Translations under genes and position numbers: made by a program | In this document: in pieces, positions 16,329 through 25,837 of the stretch | Layout: every line of letters begins with the position of its first letter | How positions within the stretch are numbered: position 1 is the stretch's first letter | Assembly: GCA_001873135.1 (NCBI GenBank) | Contig: MNYP01000147.1 | Coordinates: 1-49,568, forward strand | From: Helicobacteraceae bacterium CG2_30_36_10 | Lineage (GTDB): Bacteria > Campylobacterota > Campylobacteria > Campylobacterales > Sulfurimonadaceae | Direction of reading: 5' to 3' | Length of the DNA stretch: 49,568 nt | The notes under the pieces: generated by a model | The model's input: the letters and a program-made list of their open reading frames with translations, nothing else | The model's database searches: none | Told to the model about the DNA's origin: nothing

Positions 16329-18374
16329 TTACTTCGTGGTCATTCTATGAACACCCCATGGGTGTTTTTCTTTTACAAGTTCTAAAAAATATTTCGAAGG
16401 GTTGTCATCATGCTTTTCGACAAGCTCACTAAATATTTTCTCAGCCCTCTCAAAGTCACCGTTTATATAAACTTCCAGTGCTTTATCATAAAAAATTTTC
16501 AGCTCATAAGATTTTTCATTTGAAGGCATAAGTTCATAAAGAAGCACTGCTTCGTCTTTACCTTTTACTTTTACAGGTTCTATTTTTCTATAAACAAAAT
16601 CTTTTGTAAGTTTTGCCACCGTAAATTCTGTTATCAAAATACTCACGCCGTAGTTTTTAGTGAGTCCCTCAACCCTTGAAGAGAGATTTACTCCGTCTCC
16701 GATGACGGTATAGTTAAACCTTGTATCCGAACCCATATTTCCAACAACCACTTCGGCGGTATTTAGCCCTATGCCGATTTTAATAGGAGGTATGCCCTCT
16801 TTTGCCAATTCTATATTTAAAGCATCCAGTCTCTCTATCACCTCTAGAGCCGTCTCACACCCCGCATTTGCATGCTCTTTTACATCTACAGGTGCGTTGA
16901 AAAATGCCATTACCGCGTCACCTATATATTTGTCGAGCATCCCGCCGTGTTCTAAAACGGAGTTCGTCATAGGAGTGAAGTATCTGTTTAAGAGGGTAAT
17001 CAAACTCACGGGGTCCATAGATTCTGAAATAGTCGTAAACCCGCGAATATCGCTAAAAAGAATAGTTAACTCCTTCTTCTCACCGCCAAGTGCAAGAGCT
17101 TCCGGGTTTTGTATAAGCTGGTTGAGCAAGTCTGCTGAGAGGTAGCTCGAGAATGCATCTCTGAGAAAACGCCCACCCTTTTCTTGTATGTTAAAAGCAA
17201 GTGCTTCAACGGCGGCAATGCTTAGTATAAGAGAAAGTAGCGGATAAAACAGGTCTATATATATCATATCTGCGACGAAGAGATATCTTACAAATGCATA
17301 TATCAATAAATAAATTGTTATATTTAAAAGTGTCCTGTATAAAATTTTCTTAAACAGTAAAACCAATAGAAACGGTAAAAAAACCATCGCTACGATTAAG
17401 ATTTCACTAATGTGTTTAGGCTCGACTATAAGATGATTTTCAAGCAAATTGGAAATAAAAGTATAGTGAAGAAGCGGACCGGGCATAGAACCCATAGGCG
17501 TGCTTACAACATCGCCTGCCCCAACCTCTGTGATACCTAAAATAACAATCTTACCTTTAAAATAATCAGGCTTTATTTTTTGCTCTGCGACATCTAAAAA
17601 GGAGACTATTGTATATTGCTTAGGCTCGTAAAAGTTGAGTCGAATAAAACCTTTTTCATTCATACCGATTTGTTTGTCGTTTATTTCCACATGCCAATCA
17701 TCCACCCTTTTTACAACGGCATCAAACTTAAGTCTTAAGCCCTGAATGGCTAGAGATGGGTATAAAAGATTTTCAAAGTAGACGGCTATAGGGTAAGAAC
17801 GAAGCAGATGGTCACTCTCTGCAAGGGTTGAGAAACTCCCCGAGAGAGTACACGATTTTAAAATTGGCAAGATATTCATCTCGGCATGTGGAGCTGAAAC
17901 AAAGAGGGGATTTTTGTACTCTTGCACTTGAGACTGGAGCAAATCTAATGAAGAGTCGCCAAGGAGTTCAAGCTCTACTTCGCCTATTTGCTGGGTGGCA
18001 TTTTGTCTTAAAAAAAAACCGCACACGCTGCTGTTTAAGCCCGATATTGCCTCTGCCATTGCACCGTCTTGCGATTCATTCGTAGGTTCTGAAAAAATCA
18101 TATCAAGCAAAACAACATCTGCTTGACTTAAATTTTCAATGCCTTTTGCTAATATTTCTCTATTCCACGGCCATCTGCCGTAGGCGTTGACGCTCGGCTC
18201 ATCTACGGCGACAAAAACCACATCTTTGCTTGGGATTTTGTCTTGAAGCGCAAAATTTATATCATTAAAACGAAGAGAAAAACTCTCAAATGGCTCAACT
18301 TTATATATCTCTAGCACAAGAGTTATGAGTAAAACCGGAAGCAGCACTCCAATATATAAAAGTTTTTCTTTCAT
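16329..18374 (-). CDS. CHASE2-domain class III adenylate/guanylate cyclase, probably adenylate
   Basis: GRWPWNR CHASE2 motif, three TM helices, FSDIRGFT, DKYIGDAVMA, YTVIGDGVNLSSRVEG. Confidence 0.92.
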   Translation of the reverse strand: MKEKLLYIGVLLPVLLITLVLEIYKVEPFESFSLRFNDINFALQDKIPSKDVVFVAVDEPSVNAYGRWPWNREILAKGIENLSQADVVLLDMIFSEPTNESQDGAMAEAISGLNSSVCGFFLRQNATQQIGEVELELLGDSSLDLLQSQVQEYKNPLFVSAPHAEMNILPILKSCTLSGSFSTLAESDHLLRSYPIAVYFENLLYPSLAIQGLRLKFDAVVKRVDDWHVEINDKQIGMNEKGFIRLNFYEPKQYTIVSFLDVAEQKIKPDYFKGKIVILGITEVGAGDVVSTPMGSMPGPLLHYTFISNLLENHLIVEPKHISEILIVAMVFLPFLLVLLFKKILYRTLLNITIYLLIYAFVRYLFVADMIYIDLFYPLLSLILSIAAVEALAFNIQEKGGRFLRDAFSSYLSADLLNQLIQNPEALALGGEKKELTILFSDIRGFTTISESMDPVSLITLLNRYFTPMTNSVLEHGGMLDKYIGDAVMAFFNAPVDVKEHANAGCETALEVIERLDALNIELAKEGIPPIKIGIGLNTAEVVVGNMGSDTRFNYTVIGDGVNLSSRVEGLTKNYGVSILITEFTVAKLTKDFVYRKIEPVKVKGKDEAVLLYELMPSNEKSYELKIFYDKALEVYINGDFERAEKIFSELVEKHDDNPSKYFLELVKEKHPWGVHRMTTK

Positions 18375-18379
18375 TATTT

Positions 18380-19081
18380 TTATTTCATTTCACTCATAAA
18401 TTTTTCAAAACGCTCAAACTCTGCATCGTCCTCTTCGCTCCAAGCATCTTCATTTACTTTTTGACCGCTAAATGAAACACGATTTCCGGCCTCTAAATCA
18501 AACTCTTTCGTTGACTCTGCCACTGCATATTTGTTTTGTTCGTTTTTGTATTTTTCAAACTCTGATTGCTGATCTGAAACATAGTTGTTAAACTCTTCTT
18601 GCACTTTTTTTCTGTAAAGCTCAAACTCTTCTTTTATGCTTGTAACTCCGATGAGCCCTTCTTTGAGCGTCACCGAAGCATTTTGGGTCGCATTAACAAC
18701 AAAGGAGGTTCCCTTAATGCCGATAATAGCAAAAGGTGTTTTGATTTTTAAAGCATTTTTAGCATCTCTGGATGTTATTTTATAGTATATCTTCCCGTCA
18801 TTTTGCTCGATTGCATTGTCAGACTTAAAGTGTATAGTCGAACTTGCGTCCAAAACTACAGAAGAACCGTCGATTAATTTTATAAGCACAAAAGCCTCTT
18901 TTGCGGTAGTTATCAAATCACCCTCTTGCACTTCAAGCCCAGAGCTAACCTTACTTTTTTTAACAGAACCCACACTCTTCACTTTTACGTCACCTTCAAA
19001 CTTTTCTACACTGCCAACGATTGCATTTGCACCGGCGAAGGTAAAAAAAGAGACTAAAACAGATAATAAAAACAGCTTCAT
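18380..19081 (-). CDS. Secreted FecR-domain protein
   Basis: Signal peptide (AGANA); GDLITT, DGSSVVL and IKTPFAIIGIKGTSF FecR-like motifs; the start could be 19093. Confidence 0.8.
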   Translation of the reverse strand: MKLFLLSVLVSFFTFAGANAIVGSVEKFEGDVKVKSVGSVKKSKVSSGLEVQEGDLITTAKEAFVLIKLIDGSSVVLDASSTIHFKSDNAIEQNDGKIYYKITSRDAKNALKIKTPFAIIGIKGTSFVVNATQNASVTLKEGLIGVTSIKEEFELYRKKVQEEFNNYVSDQQSEFEKYKNEQNKYAVAESTKEFDLEAGNRVSFSGQKVNEDAWSEEDDAEFERFEKFMSEMK

Positions 19082-19174
19082 AAGTAACCCCATATTTGTA
19101 AATTTGCGTTGATTATATCATTAATATTGATACAATTAGGTAAAATTTCAGCTCGTTTTTATAAAAGGAAAAAT

Positions 19175-19900
19175 ATGTTAAAAGTACTCTTTTCACCCTC
19201 TGAGGGCAAACAAAGTGGCGGTAATGAATCGGCAAAAGAGTTGCTCGGCTCAAACATTGCCAGAGAAAAAATTTTAAATGAGTATAACAACTTAATCAAA
19301 AATTCAAGTGAAAAAGAGATATGTAATCTTTTTGGATTTAAAAAGCAGAGTGAATGCCAACCCTACATAAATGATATTTTTTCTTCCCCTCTAATGGCTG
19401 CAATAGAGAGGTATCAAGGCGTAGCTTATAATTATCTTGAGTTTAGTTCGCTACAAAAAAAAGCCCAAGAGTATTTAAAAGCAAACACGATTATTTTTTC
19501 CAATCTGTACGGTCCGATTTTAGGCGGTGATACGATTGCAAACTACAAAGTAAAACAAGGCAACGACATAGGCAACTTTATTCCTGAGAAATTTTATAAA
19601 GAGCGCTTTACCTATCAACTCGATTTGTATCTCAACAACGATGAAATTTTAGACCTTCGAGCAGGGTATTATGATAAATTTTATAAAATCACAAAACCCT
19701 ACACTACTTTGAAATTTTTAAAAGAGGGCAAGAGTGTAAGCCACTGGGCGAAAGCTTATAGGGGAATTGTATTAAGAGAGGTGGCAAAAAACGACATTAA
19801 CTCTTTAGATGAGTTTATGTCGCTAGAAATCGAGGGCTTAAGTGCTCAGGAGATAAAAGTCACCAAAAACAAAAAAGAGATTATTTACAATATTGTCTAA
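19175..19900 (+). CDS. yaaA: YaaA (UPF0246) peroxide stress protein
   Basis: LFSPSEGK, AIERYQGVAY, SNLYG, KAYRG; AAGGA upstream of ATG 19175. Confidence 0.88.
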   Translation: MLKVLFSPSEGKQSGGNESAKELLGSNIAREKILNEYNNLIKNSSEKEICNLFGFKKQSECQPYINDIFSSPLMAAIERYQGVAYNYLEFSSLQKKAQEYLKANTIIFSNLYGPILGGDTIANYKVKQGNDIGNFIPEKFYKERFTYQLDLYLNNDEILDLRAGYYDKFYKITKPYTTLKFLKEGKSVSHWAKAYRGIVLREVAKNDINSLDEFMSLEIEGLSAQEIKVTKNKKEIIYNIV

Positions 19901-19976
19901 ATCACTTCGCACATAAAACTGTGTAATAGATGCCAATATATGATACTATTTCAGCAATCAACAAAAAGGCATCATA

Positions 19977-20726
19977 TTGCAAGATTCACAAGAATATTTA
20001 GACAAAAAATCATACTTTGAAAACGTCATTACACTTTATGGCAGGAACGTTGTTATAGAAGTTTTACAAGACGAAACTATCGACATTCATAAAATCCACA
20101 TGGCAGATTCTAACAAAACCGACGGCGCTGTGGCTACAATTATGTCGCTGGCAAAAAAAAGAGACCTTGAAGTCATTTACCACTCCAAACATGCCCTCAG
20201 CCGCATAAGCAAAAATGCTAAACAAGACCAAGGCGTCGCTATTGACATTATCGCTAAAACCTATAAAAACGCAAATGAAATCGCAAAACTAGACTCATTT
20301 AGACTTATCGCACTTGACGGTATTCAAAACCCTCAAAACCTCGGAATGGTTATCCGTTCCTGTGCGGCGGGAAATGTTGACGGCATAATTTTGCCTAAAA
20401 AAAACAGTGCAAAAATTTCGCCGTTGGTTATAAAAGCAAGCACCGGAACACTTTTTAAACTCCCAATATATTTTTGCAACACTATAGATGAGGCTCTCAA
20501 AAAACTGAGCGATATAAAGGTTTATATGCTCTCTTCACACGCAAAAAAAAGTATTTATGAAACAGTTCCACATGCCAGAACTATATTTGTTTTAGGCAAT
20601 GAAAGTGATGGAGTCTCTAGTGAAGTGCAAGCTCTTTGTAACGATACACTCAGTATTCCAATGAACAGAGGCGTTGAGTCGCTCAATGTTGCCGTAACAG
20701 CTTCCTTGCTGGCTTTTATGAAGTAG
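19977..20726 (+). CDS. TrmH/SpoU-family RNA methyltransferase (RlmB-like)
   Basis: DGIQNPQNLG, VLGNESDGVS, IPMNRGVESLNVAV SPOUT motifs. Confidence 0.92.
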   Translation: MQDSQEYLDKKSYFENVITLYGRNVVIEVLQDETIDIHKIHMADSNKTDGAVATIMSLAKKRDLEVIYHSKHALSRISKNAKQDQGVAIDIIAKTYKNANEIAKLDSFRLIALDGIQNPQNLGMVIRSCAAGNVDGIILPKKNSAKISPLVIKASTGTLFKLPIYFCNTIDEALKKLSDIKVYMLSSHAKKSIYETVPHARTIFVLGNESDGVSSEVQALCNDTLSIPMNRGVESLNVAVTASLLAFMK

Positions 20727-21002
20727 CAAAAAAGCTGTTTCTGAAAGGCTCTATCTTTTTAATGCTTTAGTTTAGTAGTTTACTTAAGAAAAAAATAAGT
20801 TTAAAATATCTGCAATCATGATTTCAACTATTTTTATACGCTACATCTCCTATTTTATGACTCCTTTTATGAAGTATATTCTCTACCTCTCCTCTGGTAA
20901 ATTTGGAGGGTTGAGTTTTAAAGAAATAATTTCTATCTATTATTCTGTAATTTACTCACCTATAATAAAAGTTTTATGAATTTTTATAATTAACTGTTTC
21001 AA

Positions 21003-21044
21003 TTGATATATGTCAAGAGTTTTAATTATTTTTAATACTAAACT
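21003..21044 (+). promoter_or_regulatory. FNR/Dnr-type box with class II promoter for the nor-nirS operon
   Basis: TTGAT-ATAT-GTCAA (21003-21016), 22 nt, TAAACT (21039-21044). Confidence 0.8.
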
Positions 21045-21087
21045 ACCCTGATTCTGAAATATTATCACATTTAAAAGGAGCAATAAA

Positions 21088-21423
21088 ATGGTAGAAATGG
21101 TAGATATGTCCGTAATAAGTCCGGGAATAGCGTTGAATGATTTCTTGCCTATTTTTGTCTCTTCTGCACTTGTTATAGTTTTTGGAGGATTCTATGTTGG
21201 AATATATACAGCAGTAAAAGTTGGTATGTTTAAAAAATGGGCTATGCCTTTGGCATATGTATTTTGGTTACTTACTGCCTACTGTTTATACATAATGGGA
21301 AGCTTGATGCATGTAGGTGATTTTACAGCAAAAGCTTTAGGTATGGCTATGATAGGTTACTTATTGCTTCCACATGCAGTTTACTACATGCAACATCAAG
21401 TTCATGAAGAGAATGATCACTAA
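21088..21423 (+). CDS. Uncharacterised 3-TM membrane protein, first gene of the nor operon
   Basis: AAGGAG SD, three hydrophobic segments, His-rich C-terminus. Confidence 0.85.
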   Translation: MVEMVDMSVISPGIALNDFLPIFVSSALVIVFGGFYVGIYTAVKVGMFKKWAMPLAYVFWLLTAYCLYIMGSLMHVGDFTAKALGMAMIGYLLLPHAVYYMQHQVHEENDH

Positions 21424-21465
21424 ACTGATGTATATATTTTCAACAATTTAATTTAGGAGGGTACA

Positions 21466-22119
21466 GTGACAAATAAATCTGTATGGAGTGATAGTCGTTT
21501 CTGGCAACGTTCAGCATCGTGGGTCACAGGATTTGCAGCGATTTTATTAATATGGTTAACATTTGATACTTCGGCTCAAATCTCAATGGGTACTGATTCA
21601 GACTTACAAAATGGCGTAACAAAAAGGGTTCCAGGACCTACAGTTATAAACTACAAAATCACTTATGAAATGAGCACAAAACGTGGTCATGAAGTTCCTG
21701 TGATTGGTGAAAAAGAAAAATTCTTCGGAAGAGATGACTATTCAGAAGAAGAAGCAGGAGAACTGTTACATCTTGGTAAGCTAGGCTCTCAAGCAAAAAA
21801 TTGTATGGATTGTCATACATTATTGGGTAACGGTGGATATTATGCACCTGACTTGACGAAAGCTTGGCTAGATCCAGCATGGGGACCAGAAGGTTCGCTG
21901 CAAGCTATGACAGGAAAAAATACAAAAGAAGAAGCGATGGCTGAATTTTTACAACATCCATCACAATACCCTACACATGCGCGTATGATGCCAAATCTTG
22001 GTATTACTGCTAAAGAGGCTAAGGGATTAGTAGCTTTCTTAAAACATTTGTCATCTATAGATACAAACGGTTTCCCTAGAAACTTTGGAAAAATACAAGG
22101 AGCAATTCATGGCAAATAA
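21466..22119 (+). CDS. norC: Nitric oxide reductase cytochrome c subunit
   Basis: N-terminal TM, CMDCHTLLGNGGYYAPDLTK, C-terminal MP ligand motif; upstream of norB. Confidence 0.93.
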   Translation: MTNKSVWSDSRFWQRSASWVTGFAAILLIWLTFDTSAQISMGTDSDLQNGVTKRVPGPTVINYKITYEMSTKRGHEVPVIGEKEKFFGRDDYSEEEAGELLHLGKLGSQAKNCMDCHTLLGNGGYYAPDLTKAWLDPAWGPEGSLQAMTGKNTKEEAMAEFLQHPSQYPTHARMMPNLGITAKEAKGLVAFLKHLSSIDTNGFPRNFGKIQGAIHGK

Positions 22120-23542
22120 TCATTTAACAGGAATTGGAAGTGAATCAAAACAATTAGCAACATGGTATTTAACTGTTGCTGCTATCTTGTTTGGGGCGCA
22201 ACTCCTTTTTGGTCTTGTTGCAGCGATTCAATATGTTATGCCAGGTTTTCTTTTTGAAATACTTGATTTTTCTATTGCCAGAATGTTACACATCAATGCT
22301 CTTGTAGTATGGATGGTTTTTGCAATGTTTGGTTCTGTTTACTGGTTACTTCCAGATGAAACAGGAATTGAAACAATTGGAATAAAAGTAGGTAAATTAC
22401 TATTTTGGGTTTTTACAGCAGCTATTGTTGTTGTTGTTTTAGTGTTTTTATTTGTTCAAGTCGGACCGGCTGATGAGACAACTATTTGGTTTATCACAGA
22501 GGGACGTGAATACATAGAAGCTCCTCGTTGGGCAGATATCGGTATTGTTGTTGTTGTTCTTGGTTTTGTTTTTAACCTTTATGCAACAGGAATGAAAGGC
22601 AACCGTTCAGGTATCGTTACTGTAATTATGGCTGACATGCTAGCGTTTGCTGGTATTTACTTAGCAGGAATGTTTTTTACAGACAATATCACAGTTGATC
22701 AATACTGGTGGTGGTGGGTAATCCACTTATGGGTTGAAGCTACATGGGAAGTTTATGTTGGAGCTCTTGCTGCTTATGGCTTGATTACAATGATCGGCGC
22801 TCATCGCAAAGTAGTTGAGATGTGGTTATGGATAGAAGTAGCAATGCTTTTTGGTTCAGGAATTCTTGGTATGGGTCACCACTACTTTTGGATTGGAACA
22901 CCTGAGTACTGGTGGGAAATCGGTGCACTCTTTTCAGCACTAGAGCCATTACCGCTTGTCGCCATGTTTATCCATGTTTTATACGACTGGGGGAAAACTC
23001 AAGGTGCACAAGAAGCGCTTGGTAAAAAGACTTCAGTTATAAACAATAAACCTGCATTTACATGGTTCGTGCTCAATGCATTTGGTAACTTTTTAGGTGC
23101 AGGCGTTTGGGGATTCTTCCATACAATGCCACAGGTAAATCTATACACACACGGAACACAGTTCACGTCGGCACATGGTCACTTAGCTTTCTTTGGTGCA
23201 TATGCGACAATTTTAATTGGTATGATGTATCTGGCTGTACAAGGTACTAATGGAATCAAGGTTCTCAGAAGTACTAAAACATCTATATGGGCTGTAAGTA
23301 TGATTGCCGGTGGTGTTCTTGGTATGACTGTTGCCCTTACTCTTGCCGGATATGTTCAAGTTCTTGTTTCTCGTGCACAAATGGGTGCAACTTGGGCAGG
23401 TTACTTTGATGGTCAGAGCGGTATGTGGTTTTCACAAGCAATGGATTGGAGACTTCTAATGGGCTTTGTTACATTTTTAGGATTTCTTTTACTTGCTAAA
23501 GACCTGTTAACTACTGGTAAAAATCCAGTACATGAAAGATAA
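22109..23542 (+). CDS. norB: Nitric oxide reductase large subunit (cNOR)
   Basis: RMLH, GREY, WWWWVIHLWVEATWE, GMGHHYFW, AHGHLAFFG; start MANNHL with AAGGAG. Confidence 0.95.
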   Translation: MANNHLTGIGSESKQLATWYLTVAAILFGAQLLFGLVAAIQYVMPGFLFEILDFSIARMLHINALVVWMVFAMFGSVYWLLPDETGIETIGIKVGKLLFWVFTAAIVVVVLVFLFVQVGPADETTIWFITEGREYIEAPRWADIGIVVVVLGFVFNLYATGMKGNRSGIVTVIMADMLAFAGIYLAGMFFTDNITVDQYWWWWVIHLWVEATWEVYVGALAAYGLITMIGAHRKVVEMWLWIEVAMLFGSGILGMGHHYFWIGTPEYWWEIGALFSALEPLPLVAMFIHVLYDWGKTQGAQEALGKKTSVINNKPAFTWFVLNAFGNFLGAGVWGFFHTMPQVNLYTHGTQFTSAHGHLAFFGAYATILIGMMYLAVQGTNGIKVLRSTKTSIWAVSMIAGGVLGMTVALTLAGYVQVLVSRAQMGATWAGYFDGQSGMWFSQAMDWRLLMGFVTFLGFLLLAKDLLTTGKNPVHER

Positions 23543-23556
23543 GGAGGATATATATT

Positions 23557-23709
23557 ATGTTTGAACCTATGGTAGATGTAGTTCCAAGCTTTTTTGCTTG
23601 GTTAAATCAAGGTCCACTAACTTTAACAATTTTTCTTCACACTGTGATTATTCTTCCAATGATTTGGATTTATAAACAAGAGAAAAAACGTTTAGAAAAC
23701 GAAAAATAG
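23557..23709 (+). CDS. Small 50-aa single-TM protein between norB and nirS (absent from the ORF track)
   Basis: AAGGAGG SD; MFEPMVDVVPSFFAWLNQGPLTLTIFLHTVIILPMIWIYKQEKKRLENEK. Confidence 0.8.
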   Translation: MFEPMVDVVPSFFAWLNQGPLTLTIFLHTVIILPMIWIYKQEKKRLENEK

Positions 23710-23710
23710 T

Positions 23711-23730
23711 AGGGAACCTTCGGGTTCCTT
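23711..23730 (+). terminator. cUUCGg tetraloop hairpin ahead of nirS (partial terminator or stabilising stem)
   Basis: AGGGAACC-TTCG-GGTTCCTT followed by TATCTTT. Confidence 0.55.
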
Positions 23731-23760
23731 TATCTTTAACTCAAATAGGAGGGCAATAAA

Positions 23761-25401
23761 ATGAAATTGAAAAAATTAGTTATTTCAGTTGCTGCATTAG
23801 CAGTAGTATCATCAGGTCTATTCGCAGGTACATCCAGCATGAACGTGGAAGAGATGTTTGAAAAAGAGTGTCAAGGCTGTCACGGTCCAAACCATGAAGG
23901 TGGAGTTGGTTCTGACTTACGTCAAAAAGTTATTGCGGACAAAAACGCTTACACATTGTCTGAAACTATTTTGAATGGTAGAGCCGGTACTGCTATGCCT
24001 CAATTTAAAAACAAATTTACTAAAGAAGATGCTGATAAAATGGTTGATTATCTTCAGCATTTTAAAGGTAGAAAAATTGATCAGCTCACGTTAACAGCAG
24101 TTAAAGATGGATGGAAACCTTTACATGATAGAATGGAATTGTTTAGTAAATATCCGCATGCTGTAGATGTGAAGAAAAACACTGATATCTGTTTTGTCAC
24201 TGAAAGAGATGCTGCAAGAGTTGTGTTTATTGATGGGACAAACGGGAAAGTATTATCAAGACACCCAGCAGGTTTTGCAGTGCATGTAACAGTAACCAAT
24301 AAACGTCAACCACGCTACGCTTACTCTATATCTCGCTCAGGTCTTGTTACAATGTTTGACTTAAATACTCCAGGACAACAAAAAGTTGCAGAGTGTCAAG
24401 TCGGTTCCGACTCACGAGGGCTAGCAGTTTCACCAGATGGTAAATATTTGATGGCCGGAAACTATGTGCCAGGTGGTGCAGTACTTATGGATGCCATGAC
24501 ACTTGAACCATTAAAAGTGTACCCAACTTCAAGTGTTATTGACACTGAGGGAAATATTGGTTCTTCACGTGTGGCGGGTATTTATGATACTCCGTATGGT
24601 CCATATATAGCGTTTGCTCTAAAAGATGCCGGACATGTTTATATTGTAGATTATTCTAAACCAGACTATCCAATCGTTGGAGATATTCCAAATATTGGAA
24701 AGATTTTACATGATGGTTTCTTAAACGAAGGAAAAGAGATCGGTAGATATCTCTTTCAAGCGTCTCAAGGAAGCGATGTAATGGGTGTTGTTGATTTTAA
24801 AACTAAATCTTTAGTTGCTAAAATTTATACAGGTCCATCAGCTAAGCCGCATCCAGGTCAGGGTTCTTCATGGTTTAATGAACATTTGGGCCAACAACTC
24901 GGAGCTACTGTAAATATGAATCTTGGCCAAGTTACTATTTGGGATGATAATTTTGATGTTATTCGTCAAATTCCAACTGGCGGCGGCGGATTATTCATTG
25001 GAACAAGTGAACATACACCTTTTCTTTGGGCTGACAATGTTCTTGGCGGAGAAGCAAATTGGAACAAGATTCACTTAATCAATAAGCAAACGCTTGAAGT
25101 AGACAGAATTCTTACTGTTGGAATTACTGAAGGTACTATTACTGACCCAGTAAGTCACAAAGCACTTTACACATGGAAAGTGCCTACAGTAAAAAATGAA
25201 AAAGGCGAAGCTATTGTTCCTCGTATCTTGCACGCCGAACCAGCTAACCACGGTCTCTGGACTATGATTTCAGAGTGGAATGCGGGTCGTATCGGTATCT
25301 ATGAAGCAGAAACCGGTAAATTTGTTAAATACATCACAGGTTTAACAACCCCTACTTTCACTTATTCTATTGAACATAGACAAACAGTTCCAGGTGCATA
25401 A
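23761..25401 (+). CDS. nirS: Cytochrome cd1 nitrite reductase
   Basis: Signal peptide, CQGCH heme c, GTAMP, FAVH proximal His, LHDG and PHPG distal His motifs; 546 aa; nir/nor context. Confidence 0.93.
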   Translation: MKLKKLVISVAALAVVSSGLFAGTSSMNVEEMFEKECQGCHGPNHEGGVGSDLRQKVIADKNAYTLSETILNGRAGTAMPQFKNKFTKEDADKMVDYLQHFKGRKIDQLTLTAVKDGWKPLHDRMELFSKYPHAVDVKKNTDICFVTERDAARVVFIDGTNGKVLSRHPAGFAVHVTVTNKRQPRYAYSISRSGLVTMFDLNTPGQQKVAECQVGSDSRGLAVSPDGKYLMAGNYVPGGAVLMDAMTLEPLKVYPTSSVIDTEGNIGSSRVAGIYDTPYGPYIAFALKDAGHVYIVDYSKPDYPIVGDIPNIGKILHDGFLNEGKEIGRYLFQASQGSDVMGVVDFKTKSLVAKIYTGPSAKPHPGQGSSWFNEHLGQQLGATVNMNLGQVTIWDDNFDVIRQIPTGGGGLFIGTSEHTPFLWADNVLGGEANWNKIHLINKQTLEVDRILTVGITEGTITDPVSHKALYTWKVPTVKNEKGEAIVPRILHAEPANHGLWTMISEWNAGRIGIYEAETGKFVKYITGLTTPTFTYSIEHRQTVPGA

Positions 25402-25410
25402 CCTGTAATT

Positions 25411-25429
25411 TCTCCTCCTTGTGAGGAGA
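25411..25429 (+). terminator. Hairpin after nirS
   Basis: TCTCCTC-CTTGT-GAGGAGA; the U-tract is weak. Confidence 0.5.
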
Positions 25430-25513
25430 CAAATATAATTTGTAAAATACACATTTTTTTTGAATTTTATAAACTATATTTCTGCTAAAATGCGTAAAAA
25501 CAAAGAAGGGAAT

Positions 25514-25837
25514 ATGAAAATAAAAATTCTTATGCTAACTGTTCTTTGCTCATTCTTAAACGCACAGGAGTTAGAGACAAAACAAGTTTTTGAAGGAAAA
25601 GAAGTTTTCCAAACGTATTGCTGGGGTTGCCATCATCAGACTGCCGTAGCATTTGGACCTTCTTTTACAGAGATAGCCTCTAAGCGTACAAAAGAGGAAA
25701 TAGTAGCCTATATAATCGAGCCTAAGGCTATGTATAAAGCATTCGGCTACAAAAGAACTGTTATGACACAATTAAAACTTAAAGAGGGAGAGATTGATGC
25801 ACTTAGTGACTACATTCTCTCTTATAAAGGACAATAA
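25514..25837 (+). CDS. Monoheme periplasmic cytochrome c (NirC/NirM-like role)
   Basis: Signal peptide, CWGCH, GPSF, distal Met; 1-nt overlap with nirJ. Confidence 0.85.
   Translation: MKIKILMLTVLCSFLNAQELETKQVFEGKEVFQTYCWGCHHQTAVAFGPSFTEIASKRTKEEIVAYIIEPKAMYKAFGYKRTVMTQLKLKEGEIDALSDYILSYKGQ

Noticed and set aside
19109-19121. TTGAT-TAT-ATCAT upstream of yaaA as an FNR box
   Set aside because: The spacer is 3 nt, not 4, and the context is very AT-rich.
14258-20726. Genomic island integrated at the tRNA cluster
   Set aside because: The cyclase module lies on the 5' side of the tRNAs, with no integrase and no duplicated tRNA 3' end.
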